Counted from the stretch's first letter, positions 1 to 8,223 are shown. The stretch: 41,513 nt of DNA from Chlamydiia bacterium (GCA_020440555.1 JAGRNW010000002.1:1-41513), one strand, 5' to 3'. Notes: generated by a model from the sequence alone, not told the origin. A program made the numbers and translations.

Positions 1-48
1 TTTACGAGTCTAAAAAGCACAAGAGGTGCAAGCAAACTCACTGAATCC

Positions 49-75
49 GAGGGAGAAAAACCCAAAACTCAGGTT
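49..75 (+). repeat. Copy of a dispersed ~27-nt motif (GAGGGAGAAAAACCCAAAACTCAGGTT)
   Basis: Hand alignment gives 23/27 identity to the right arm plus flank of the perfect palindrome at 31284-31310 (GAGGAAGTAAAACCCAAAGCTCAGGTC). A third related copy lies at 294-319. Confidence 0.6.
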
Positions 76-231
76 ATAAAGGAATGAAAACACCTTGGCT
101 TATAGCTCAACAAGACTGGTCAAATCAGGATATAGCTAGTCATGCTGCAACAATCAAAGCCATAGATCTGGATAGAATGACTGTAAGTGAGTATAATGAT
201 GGGGGTTCAAGTCTTCCTGATTATCCCGTTT

Positions 232-272
232 GTCTAAATCTTTTTGTCTAAATCTTTTTGTCTAAATCTTTT
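232..272. repeat. Tandem repeat, 14-bp unit GTCTAAATCTTTTT, 3 copies (the last is one T shorter)
   Basis: Read directly: units at 232-245, 246-259 and 260-272, followed by a degenerate GTTAAAATC. It lies downstream of the last T3SS-array gene. Confidence 0.9.
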
Positions 273-293
273 GTTAAAATCCGTCTGGAGATC

Positions 294-319
294 AGGAAGT
301 AAAATCCAAAACCTCGGTT
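294..319 (+). repeat. Third copy of the dispersed motif (AGGAAGTAAAATCCAAAACCTCGGTT)
   Basis: The first 11 nt (AGGAAGTAAAA) and CCAAA are identical to palindrome arm 31285-31310. The 3' part matches with one indel. It abuts the stop codon (319-321) of the minus-strand lipoprotein gene. Confidence 0.5.
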
Positions 320-1317
320 TAAAAGGTATAACGAAGCATCATGACAGGGAAATACCCTTCTTTTGCAGTGATTCTATCTGCATAGCCTTCATAAAGTCTT
401 TCATTGTAGGTGCGAGCGGCGATTCCAGCTCCCCAAATCCCCCCGATATACCACCCAGATTCTAAACTCGCCATGATGGCTCCAGCGGCTGGATTCCCAT
501 TCTTAAAAAATAAAACTGATCCTGTAATGAAAAGAGAGTTGATCAGAAAGGCTGTCATCGCTGTTTCCCTCTGACCCACGTAAAAATAGCCAGCTCCCGG
601 TAAAACAGCATTGAGAATTTCAGCTTTTTTAATTGAAAGAGCTCCATTTCTATAATTACAGACAATCGTTTGAAGATAGGCCCGTTCAGACTTTTTTTTT
701 CCTTCAGCATAAAGTTCTTCAAGTTCAATATTTTTTACTTTAGAAAGTAGTTTGAGTTTATCTCCCCTTTGTGAATCCATTTGTTCAATGAGTGAGAGAA
801 TATGGCAGGCTTGGGTTGTATTTCCCACATGAACATAGCAATCGTAGAGCAAAAGAAGGAGATCATCGAAAGCAGGAAAAGTCGTATCGACGCAAATCAA
901 TCCCCCAGATTCAACTTGGTAGATGGCTTCTTGGTATTTATGCCCAAGGAAATAAGCCAAAGCGATGCAATACTGAATTTGGAGCCTTCTTGCACTGTCC
1001 GCAGGAAGAAAAGCAAGAGCCCTTTTGAATCCAGTAATTGCTCGGTAGAGATCGAAATCTTCGGCAAAAGATACGGCGATCGTGTATTCTTTTGCCCATG
1101 TTTGCGCAACTTCTTCCTCTGTAAGAGGAGGAAAGGGAGAAAAATCATTACGAGGAACGCAGGGTCCCCGTCTGGTTTCTCGAAAAGTCTCTTTTGGATG
1201 GGGAGGTTCTTTAATTTTGGGTTGAAGGCAAGTACTGGGTGGATGACATCCCATCATAAAAATAAAAAAGGGAAAGAAAAAAAAGACAACAGGGCGCTGA
1301 TACTTGATTAATAACAT
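319..1317 (-). CDS. TPR-like lipoprotein with C-terminal Gly-rich hydrophobic segments, coupled to the T3SS secretin gene
   Basis: 332-aa ORF. The N-terminus MLLIKYQRPVVFFFFPFFIFMMGC looks like a signal peptide with a lipobox-type Cys. The central part has TPR-like helical repeats (YRAITGFKRALAF, IALAYFLGHKYQEAIY). The C-terminus reads LPGAGYFYVGQ...GWYIGGIWGAGIAA. Its ATG overlaps the cdsC stop (1308-1317). Confidence 0.6.
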   Translation of the reverse strand: MLLIKYQRPVVFFFFPFFIFMMGCHPPSTCLQPKIKEPPHPKETFRETRRGPCVPRNDFSPFPPLTEEEVAQTWAKEYTIAVSFAEDFDLYRAITGFKRALAFLPADSARRLQIQYCIALAYFLGHKYQEAIYQVESGGLICVDTTFPAFDDLLLLLYDCYVHVGNTTQACHILSLIEQMDSQRGDKLKLLSKVKNIELEELYAEGKKKSERAYLQTIVCNYRNGALSIKKAEILNAVLPGAGYFYVGQRETAMTAFLINSLFITGSVLFFKNGNPAAGAIMASLESGWYIGGIWGAGIAARTYNERLYEGYADRITAKEGYFPVMMLRYTF

Positions 1318-3698
1318 TTCGAAGCTGGGTAGGATTGGGCTTCTGGCGCCTCTTCAGGAGGACATACCTTAAGAGAACAGGGGTCAGAATCCAGATTGAA
1401 TTGATATCCCTCAAGGTTAGAGAAATTCACCGCCTCCTGCCCTGTTGTAATCACATGGGGACGAATAAAAATAATTAAGTTTCTCTTATCGCGATTTTCT
1501 TCGGTTCGACTAAATGTGGGGCCAATAAGAGGGAGGGTGCCTAAGCAAGGAATTCCTCTTCTTGAATAACGAGTTTCATCACGAACATGTCCGCTCATGA
1601 CCAAAAAGGATCCATCAGGAACATGAACTCTTGTGGTCGTCAGAAGTTTCATAGTCGTCGGTGCAAGAAGAGATGTAGAAGTTCCAGAAGCTTGAATAAT
1701 CGTTGCCGTTGGGCTTGTCACTTCGCTCACTGATTGATCAATCTGAAGAGTCACAACATTGCCCGGCGTGATAGTAGGAGTCACACGGAGTTGCACACCC
1801 ACATCTTCGTACTGAATATTCTGAGTCACCGAACCTGTATCACGCACCACTGTAGAGGTGGTTTGATAAGGAACATTGGATCCAACAAAAAGATTTGCTT
1901 CTTTTGAATCTTCACTCATAATGCGCGGGTTTAAAACAATTTTTGTATCACTTTCAGTCTCAAGGGCAGAAATAAGAGCTCCGAGGGTTAAAAACGGCTG
2001 TCCGTTGTGTCGGATCACATTGCCTACAATCCCCAAGCCAAATCCCGTGGTGAGAGGAATGTCCCCTCCCGTTCCGGGTGTGGAGCCTCGTGCTGGATCA
2101 GGCGGTGGAGTGGAGAAAGCACTCCTGGCACCTCCATAAAGGGCATTTTGCGTAATCCCCAAGGAACCCGTTGGAGCCGAAGCTGGCGGTTGACCTAAGA
2201 AGCCTGACGCAAAGGCGAGTTTATTTTGTTCATTGCCCAGAGCTACCCATTCAACGCCAAAATCTAAAGAATTGGAAAGAGCCGTATCAATAATAAGGAC
2301 TTCAATATAAACCTGCTTAGGAGCACTATCCACTTCTTCAAGAAGTTGTTGGAGTTTTCTAATTGCTTTATCAGTGCCTGAAAAAACAATAGAGTTATTA
2401 GCCCGAATCCACTGAAGACTATTAATTGCATTGACAAGATCCATATTTGCCAAACCCGTTCTTTGAAGATTGGCCCCAATGTCTCGAAGAGCTTGTGCCA
2501 CCTCATCTCCATCATGATAACGAAGTTTGTAGAGGAAAAAATTATTGTTAACCATGTCGGAAGATGGAAGATCAGCCGCCATATCGGAAGTGATCTTTAT
2601 AGTGTCCAATGAAGTTAACACTTGCAATGCCTTATTGATCAGATAAGGAGTTGAGACGATAAAAATAGTGTTGGATGATGGCTGCGCGATCATTTGGAAA
2701 GCATTGGTCTGGGCCAAAGGGGTCACAATCTGCCTCGCGTAAGCAACAAGGGCCATCGGGTGAGCACTTTTCACATGATACTGAGCGACATCCAGAGCAG
2801 TGTTAGGGGTATCAAGAGCTAAAATTAAATCCCCAATTTTGTCCACATTAGCCGTAATATCGCTAACAACCAAGTGACGAGTTTCTGGAGAAATCTCCAC
2901 AATCGCTTCTTTTGAAAGAAGGGGTTTGACCACCTTCACGATTTCAACAGGAGAAATATTGTAAAGACGAAAAACCCGCGTGACTAGGGGAAGATCCTCC
3001 GCTTCAGCAGCTGTTTCATCTGTAACAACCGTGGAAACCTTTGAAAGAGATTCATTTTGATAAATCAAAATATTAGATCCTTGATCGACAACCGAAAAAC
3101 CATGCATTCGCAAGATTTGCAAAAGAGACGCTAATAGGTCTTCAACACTACTCGGCTCGTCAGAAACAATCGAGATATTGAAGTTGAGATCTGCGCTATC
3201 AAAAACAAAGTTTGTTTTAGATATTTCGCTGATGATACGGATCAATTCAATGATAGGGATGCTTTCATAGTTAAGAGTATATCCCTCATCGAGAGATTTT
3301 GATGAAACAGGTTGAGTTTCCTCTCGACGTTTGGCTCCATCAAACTGAAGGATTGTTTCTTTTGGATACTCCTCTACGTGAGAAGAAAGCATTTTAACTT
3401 CGGAAGGAGATTCAACTTCAGGATCATCTGAATGAACATGTTCAGGAGAAATCAGTTTTTTTCCGTATGGACCTTGACAAGAGAGAAGGGGAAAATCATC
3501 AGAAATCCCTGGACAGCACCGAGTGATTGATTTAATCCCATTAGGAGAGATTTGAGTGGGCTCATCAAAGGCCGCATCAGCAATGAGATTAAAAGTGTCT
3601 AGTTCAATTTCAGTCTGCGGTTCACCGTTGAGAGGAACGCTCGAGAGTGAAACTCCCAAGAGAAGAATAGGAAGAAAATAACTGAGCTGCTGCATCAT
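1308..3698 (-). CDS. cdsC: Type III secretion outer-membrane secretin SctC (CdsC/YscC family)
   Basis: 796 aa with an N-terminal signal peptide (LPILLLGVSLSS). C-terminal secretin-domain motifs are present: VPYQTTSTVV, YEDVGVQLRVTP, RRGIPCLGTLPLIGPTF, NLIIFIRPHVI. It sits at the end of the cds operon, as in Chlamydia. Confidence 0.93.
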   Translation of the reverse strand: MMQQLSYFLPILLLGVSLSSVPLNGEPQTEIELDTFNLIADAAFDEPTQISPNGIKSITRCCPGISDDFPLLSCQGPYGKKLISPEHVHSDDPEVESPSEVKMLSSHVEEYPKETILQFDGAKRREETQPVSSKSLDEGYTLNYESIPIIELIRIISEISKTNFVFDSADLNFNISIVSDEPSSVEDLLASLLQILRMHGFSVVDQGSNILIYQNESLSKVSTVVTDETAAEAEDLPLVTRVFRLYNISPVEIVKVVKPLLSKEAIVEISPETRHLVVSDITANVDKIGDLILALDTPNTALDVAQYHVKSAHPMALVAYARQIVTPLAQTNAFQMIAQPSSNTIFIVSTPYLINKALQVLTSLDTIKITSDMAADLPSSDMVNNNFFLYKLRYHDGDEVAQALRDIGANLQRTGLANMDLVNAINSLQWIRANNSIVFSGTDKAIRKLQQLLEEVDSAPKQVYIEVLIIDTALSNSLDFGVEWVALGNEQNKLAFASGFLGQPPASAPTGSLGITQNALYGGARSAFSTPPPDPARGSTPGTGGDIPLTTGFGLGIVGNVIRHNGQPFLTLGALISALETESDTKIVLNPRIMSEDSKEANLFVGSNVPYQTTSTVVRDTGSVTQNIQYEDVGVQLRVTPTITPGNVVTLQIDQSVSEVTSPTATIIQASGTSTSLLAPTTMKLLTTTRVHVPDGSFLVMSGHVRDETRYSRRGIPCLGTLPLIGPTFSRTEENRDKRNLIIFIRPHVITTGQEAVNFSNLEGYQFNLDSDPCSLKVCPPEEAPEAQSYPASKCY

Positions 3699-3814
3699 AT
3701 TCTGCAGTATAACTGTCTTCCTCTATTGGGAACAGACAAAATTCATTCGATTGAGCTGAAAAAAAATCTTTTCGTCACTCAGCTTAGAACCTGTTAGGCA
3801 ATACAAGTAAGCCC

Positions 3815-5419
3815 TTAAGCATTTCTTGTGATGTTGATGACCGTTACTGATCGTTCAAAAAGAGCGCGAGCTTCCTTGTGTGCTACTTTACGAAAAATGG
3901 CATCCACCTGCTTCTGGCCAGATAAATAAAGATTTTCCATTAATGCCTCCACAAACTCCGCCTCATCCACTTCAAGTTGCTGCAAATTTTTCGACAACCC
4001 CGCTTGGAAGGTATGAAGAATCAACACATCTCCTACACTCCAATTGGAACTGATTTCCAAAAACTCCACCCCTTTAGAAATTCCCAATGCAACATTATCT
4101 GAACTCAGCCGCCTTGGAGATTGAGTCTCTTGTTGCAAGTACCATAGAGGACTATATCCACAGGAAATATAACTGAATCGATTCTCCGCAGGAATCAATG
4201 TTAAAAGAGCTAAAGAAAAAGAATTATCGCGTCCCTCTTCAACCAATCTATCGTTGACCATCTCGATAAGTTCTGTTGGAGATCCCATTGAATGAGAAAG
4301 CGCTCTGATTAACCCGCGGAGAATTGAGATATAGACAAGACCCTCTACCCCGGTATTGCTCGCTTCAGCCATCACCACTGAGTACATTCCATTTTTTTGG
4401 AGAAAAAAGTCATAGTAAACACAAGAAATCGCCGAATTACTGTTGCTAGCAAGATGCATTTCCATTCGAGGCCATGCAGGAAGCGTTTGCGGAACAAGAA
4501 GTTGGCCTGCTTGCTTCAAACTCTCACTTAATTCACCTAAATAATCACTGCCTCGCAGATCCTTTTTCAACTCTTCGGAAGTAAGATAGCCCGAGAGATC
4601 TTGAATAAAATCCACAATGTCTTGAGTTCGCTCAAGAAGATTAGGTTGCAGAGCTTTCGCAAGAATGCGTTGCAATCCACGTGGAACAAGAGAGAGATGG
4701 ATCACTCCATGAGAAAGACGGCCTAAAACCAACTCGTAGCAGATCACTCCAAGTGAGTAAATATCTGTGGAGAATGAAACATCTAAGGGATTTTCTTTTT
4801 GCTCAGGACTCATATAAATGGGGGTCCCAATGATCCGCTTTTTCCCAGCTTTTTTCTCTTCTTTTTCGGTATAAAGTTGGGAGATTCCAAAATCAATCAC
4901 TTTGACTCCTCCGGTTGCTGTAAGCAAAATATTTTCCGGCTTTAAATCCCGATGAATGATCCCATGGGCATGAAGATGAGCCAGAGCGTGACCTATTTGA
5001 ATCACAACTTCTAAGGCTCTCTTAAGGGACATTGCCTGTTGCAAAATCATTTGCCTGAGAGAAATTCCTTGAATAAACTCCATGCAAATATAAAGGCCTC
5101 CCTCCCATTTTCCATATCCACGGATCTGGACGATGTTAGGATGATTGGTGAGTTCAATGATCTCGGCCTCTTTAAGAAACCGATCCATCATCTCTTTACT
5201 TTTGACATATTCAGCCCCAAGAACTTTTATGGTTAAAGGCTCGTGAGTTTGGGGATCCACTCCAAGGTAAAGAACACTCATTCCCCCTCTGTTGAGAAGA
5301 CTTTCAATTTTATACTGTCCAACATGTTCAGGAATTTTAGAGACTAAAGCCACCCGGCCCTTGGAGCTCTTGGCATCCACAAGAGTAGGCTGTTTGTAAA
5401 AATTGGATAGAGGATTCAT
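3815..5419 (-). CDS. pkn5: Hanks-type Ser/Thr protein kinase Pkn5 with a C-terminal degenerate SpoIIE/PP2C-like domain
   Basis: Kinase motifs are present: GGMSVLYLG (Gly loop), LTIKVL (Lys), HRDLKPENILL, VIDFGIS (DFG) and YMSPEQ (APE-like). The C-terminal ~220 aa follow the SpoIIE/PPM pattern (VYYDFF, FSLALLTLIPAENRFSYISCGYSPLWYL, VGDVLILHTFQAGLS). An ATGA overlap with the cdsQ stop lies at 5416-5419. Confidence 0.9.
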   Translation of the reverse strand: MNPLSNFYKQPTLVDAKSSKGRVALVSKIPEHVGQYKIESLLNRGGMSVLYLGVDPQTHEPLTIKVLGAEYVKSKEMMDRFLKEAEIIELTNHPNIVQIRGYGKWEGGLYICMEFIQGISLRQMILQQAMSLKRALEVVIQIGHALAHLHAHGIIHRDLKPENILLTATGGVKVIDFGISQLYTEKEEKKAGKKRIIGTPIYMSPEQKENPLDVSFSTDIYSLGVICYELVLGRLSHGVIHLSLVPRGLQRILAKALQPNLLERTQDIVDFIQDLSGYLTSEELKKDLRGSDYLGELSESLKQAGQLLVPQTLPAWPRMEMHLASNSNSAISCVYYDFFLQKNGMYSVVMAEASNTGVEGLVYISILRGLIRALSHSMGSPTELIEMVNDRLVEEGRDNSFSLALLTLIPAENRFSYISCGYSPLWYLQQETQSPRRLSSDNVALGISKGVEFLEISSNWSVGDVLILHTFQAGLSKNLQQLEVDEAEFVEALMENLYLSGQKQVDAIFRKVAHKEARALFERSVTVINITRNA

Positions 5420-6735
5420 AATTCTATGATACGAACACCAACGGCTTCTCCAAGTTTAAGAAGCTCACCACGTCCAACTTTTTTTCCTCCAACAAGCAAA
5501 TCTATTCCCCGTTCAGGGGGAAGATTCAGTTCAAGAAGATTCCCTGGGGTGAGCTCCATGAGCTCTTTAGCGCTCATTTTTACTCTTCCTACTTCACACA
5601 CAATTTCGACAGGAACATTTTTTCGATCAATTGAAAGAGGCTTCACTTCTTTGGCTTTTTTGGTTTTCTCTTGAGCAAAAGGGGGACGTTCCTCTAGGTC
5701 TTCTTTTTCCTCAATTTCTTCCTCCTCATCATATTCTTCTTCATCTTCTTCATCGTATTCTTCTTCATCTTCTTCTTCAAAATCTTCATCGTCCAAGGAT
5801 TCTTCATCATAATCAAAATCTTCGTCAAGATCTCCGTAAAGATCTTCATCTTCATCAAAATCTTCATCGTCCATTGTTGGCTTCACCTCTTCGTATGTTG
5901 GATATTCATAAAGTTTGATTCCTTCATCTTTGATTTTTCCTCTGAAAAGGGGGGTTCCATTCAGAGACATTACTAAACGTCCTGTTTTTAATTCGGGGTC
6001 ATAAAAAACATCGTCAAGTAAAATCCAATCTCCACAAGCGACTTTTTCCCATTCAGAATATTTAAGTAAAGTCCTCCCCACTTCAAAAGAAAGCTCGAGC
6101 GCTACCTTTTCATTCAATTTTCTATCTAGATGGGGAGGTAAAGTTGTGATCGCACTGGCAAAATGCGTATTCCAAGAACTTTTAAAACTCTCGGGAACAA
6201 AAAGATGGGCATGAAAAGTCTCGCGATCGAAGGATAAGATAAGATCAAATGTAAAAAAACCTTTTTCTGCATCAGAAGCAAGAGTGAGCACTTTTTTGCC
6301 CAAAACAGGTTGAAGATCTTGAGTAAAACCTAGCCGATGCACTTCTTCACAGAATGAAGCTTGAAAAAACGTATAAAAACCTTCGACATAAGAAGGATCA
6401 AGAAAAAAAGTCTCCCCCTCTTCACCATCGAGAAGGGCCATCATCAATCTTTTAATTTCTTCCATTTCCATCGAAAAATAGAGGGGAGAGGCAAAAGGAG
6501 AGAGAAAAATTTCATAAGTTTCTTTAACACGAGTACTTAATTCTACCGCCGACTCCCATCCGCGCCCCTGTCCTCTGATGGACATACCGGTTGTGGCAAA
6601 AATCGTCTCCATTCCTTTTGCAAGCTCCTCATAAGGAAAAGGAACCGGCAAAGCAAACTGAGGATTAGTATCCAACTCGACAAGAGCACGATCGATCGTT
6701 TTGATAAAAAATTCTGATGAAGATTGTAAAGTCAA
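5416..6735 (-). CDS. cdsQ: T3SS cytoplasmic sorting-platform/C-ring protein SctQ (CdsQ, FliN/YscQ family) with a poly-acidic insert
   Basis: 439 aa. The C-terminal SpoA/FliN-like domain reads VPVEIVCEVGRVKMSAKELMELTPGNLLELN...LLVGGKKVGRGELLKLGEAVGVRIIEL. It lies between cdsP and pkn5, as in Chlamydia. Confidence 0.85.
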   Translation of the reverse strand: MTLQSSSEFFIKTIDRALVELDTNPQFALPVPFPYEELAKGMETIFATTGMSIRGQGRGWESAVELSTRVKETYEIFLSPFASPLYFSMEMEEIKRLMMALLDGEEGETFFLDPSYVEGFYTFFQASFCEEVHRLGFTQDLQPVLGKKVLTLASDAEKGFFTFDLILSFDRETFHAHLFVPESFKSSWNTHFASAITTLPPHLDRKLNEKVALELSFEVGRTLLKYSEWEKVACGDWILLDDVFYDPELKTGRLVMSLNGTPLFRGKIKDEGIKLYEYPTYEEVKPTMDDEDFDEDEDLYGDLDEDFDYDEESLDDEDFEEEDEEEYDEEDEEEYDEEEEIEEKEDLEERPPFAQEKTKKAKEVKPLSIDRKNVPVEIVCEVGRVKMSAKELMELTPGNLLELNLPPERGIDLLVGGKKVGRGELLKLGEAVGVRIIEL

Positions 6736-6748
6736 ACGATTCTATTCC

Positions 6749-7714
6749 TCACTCTTTTGTTGGCTCATCTTCACCTTCTTCAGATTCCCCCTCTCCTTGC
6801 TGGCGTTGTTGATCCCCCTCTCCCTGTTGAAAATAAGCTGCCCCCTCCTGTCCGGGAGTTTGCTGCAATTGCAAATTTGTATTTCCAATCTGGATGGAAG
6901 CTAGTTGAATATTTTTCCCTTGCAACGCATTGACAAGCTGAACTAATTGGCCTTGGTTGCCCTGCACCAGACGAAGCGCTGCGTTTGCCTGAGTCTCGTT
7001 TGAAAAGTTGCTGAAGTTGATGACAAGTCCTCGATCAGTCTCTGTGATCGTCAACTGTATTCCCCGGAATGCTTCGGGAATCTCATTGGTTGCTTTGAGT
7101 TCCATCCCAGTCACTTTTTTCCCTTCAATAACTCCAGAATACAACTTATCGACAAGAGCTTTGATGATTCCCGTAATTTTAGCGACATCTGTATTGAGCC
7201 CCTTAGACGTTGCTGCCGCTACCTCTGCATCAATGATTTTGTTGCTCTGATCAACGCCTCCTGCTTGACCCTGCCCTTGTTGTTGTCCACTCTCTTGATC
7301 TTGCCTCCGTTGAGTTTCTGATGACTGAGTATCCTCTGAGGTTTGTCCACCGTTGGCACTTTGAGAGGTTGAAGTCACAGAGTTAGATCGTCCGTCAGTG
7401 GAAGTTCCGTAAGAAAACTGTCCAAAATTCCCTTGATCTGGAGGGAGTTGAGGAGTTTTCTGCGAAAAAGCCCCTTCTGATCCTTCGGATTGTCCCATAA
7501 GGCCCCCAGGCTCGAAAGGAGAAGGAGTCTTCTTTTTGGATTTTTGCATGCCAAAAAACTCTTCCTCCTCTCTATCCTTTGAAGAAGGAACCTTTCTTTG
7601 AGGCAAAGAAAACTTTTCTTGATCTTTTTTTCCTTTTTTAGGGCGCGGCCCTTCCTCTGGCTTGCCGCTCGCCGGTGGCTCACCACCTCGGCTTGGGGGA
7701 GACGTATATCCCAT
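6749..7714 (-). CDS. cdsP: T3SS needle-length / substrate-switch protein SctP-like (CdsP position)
   Basis: 321 aa with a low-complexity Gly/Ser/Gln/Pro-rich N-terminal part. The C-terminal globular part (ELKATNEIPEAFRGIQLTITETDRGLVINFS...ALRLVQGNQGQLVQLVNALQ) resembles FliK/YscP T3S4 domains. It lies between cdsO and cdsQ, and its start overlaps the cdsO stop by 1 nt. Confidence 0.6.
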   Translation of the reverse strand: MGYTSPPSRGGEPPASGKPEEGPRPKKGKKDQEKFSLPQRKVPSSKDREEEEFFGMQKSKKKTPSPFEPGGLMGQSEGSEGAFSQKTPQLPPDQGNFGQFSYGTSTDGRSNSVTSTSQSANGGQTSEDTQSSETQRRQDQESGQQQGQGQAGGVDQSNKIIDAEVAAATSKGLNTDVAKITGIIKALVDKLYSGVIEGKKVTGMELKATNEIPEAFRGIQLTITETDRGLVINFSNFSNETQANAALRLVQGNQGQLVQLVNALQGKNIQLASIQIGNTNLQLQQTPGQEGAAYFQQGEGDQQRQQGEGESEEGEDEPTKE

Positions 7715-8223
7715 TATTTTTTTCCTCTCTTTCTTTTCTGAGATTCATAAATGGTTTGCCCAACCTCATCTTGAACGATCCCCTCTTTTCTCGCTAGTTC
7801 CTTTTTTTCTACTTTTAACCACTCTTCTTTATGAATTTCCAATTTGTCTGTTTCTTTCCGTTTAAGACGAAGTTCTTCCTTAGCGGTCTCAAGATTTTTT
7901 TCAGCAATTTTTACTTGTTCTTTCTGCTTTTTAACCTTCTCTTCCTCTACTTTGAGATTCTCGGTTACAACTTTTAGATAAACCTTCATTTGCTGAATTT
8001 CAGGGCTTGTAGAGCCTTCATCAAGCGTCTTTCTCAGTTGGGCTAGCTTTTCATTTTTATGGTTTAAAACTTTATTTCGCTCTTTTTCAACCTTTTTTAG
8101 TTTTTCTAGCTCTCCTTCAAATACTTTTTTTTTCTCAATAACAACTTTCTCTTGTCTTTTGACCCGATCCCTTTTTACCTCGAGCACTTGCTCTAAAGGA
8201 TAGTTTACCTTCCTCATCATCAA
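7714..8223 (-). CDS. cdsO: T3SS stalk protein SctO (CdsO, YscO/FliJ-like coiled coil)
   Basis: 169 aa, extremely K/E-rich with a predicted coiled coil. It lies immediately downstream of the ATPase gene, the canonical sctN-sctO order. Confidence 0.65.
   Translation of the reverse strand: MMMRKVNYPLEQVLEVKRDRVKRQEKVVIEKKKVFEGELEKLKKVEKERNKVLNHKNEKLAQLRKTLDEGSTSPEIQQMKVYLKVVTENLKVEEEKVKKQKEQVKIAEKNLETAKEELRLKRKETDKLEIHKEEWLKVEKKELARKEGIVQDEVGQTIYESQKRKRGKK

Noticed and set aside
200-228. A tRNA-like T-arm (GGGGG-TTCAAGT-CTTCC) followed by a possible acceptor strand. This raised the idea of a tRNA gene or an integrase att remnant.
   Set aside because: I could not fold a D-arm or anticodon arm from the upstream 60 nt. 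The T-stem needs two G-U pairs, and no integrase is nearby.
1-251. An edge-open frame ending at TGA 85-87 that overlaps (ATGA) a 55-codon ORF at 84-251 (MKTPWLIAQQDWSNQ...).
   Set aside because: Both are very short and have no recognisable motifs. The first contains a copy of the dispersed repeat and the second runs into the tandem repeat. The ATGA overlap alone is insufficient, so I left them unannotated.
232-272. The tandem repeat considered as a possible CRISPR array.
   Set aside because: The units are contiguous 14-mers with no spacers, and there are no cas genes.
244-465. A 73-aa plus-strand ORF spanning the repeat region and the 3' end of the lipoprotein gene.
   Set aside because: It starts at a TTG inside the tandem repeat and runs antisense to a better-supported gene. 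It has no motifs.
802-1311. A 169-aa plus-strand ORF, and similar long antisense ORFs elsewhere: 9943-10329, 14113-14544, 19720-20307, 23127-23597, 26008-26499, 28303-28692 and 32639-33031.
   Set aside because: Each lies fully inside a well-supported gene on the opposite strand. Their translations are low-complexity or compositionally odd and carry no recognisable motif. These are typical shadow ORFs.
5560-5580. An internal ATG (Met386) with an upstream GGAAGAG, considered as an SctQ-C internal translation start.
   Set aside because: It would begin inside the SpoA domain, which starts near residue 372. That makes a functional SctQ-C product from this codon unlikely.
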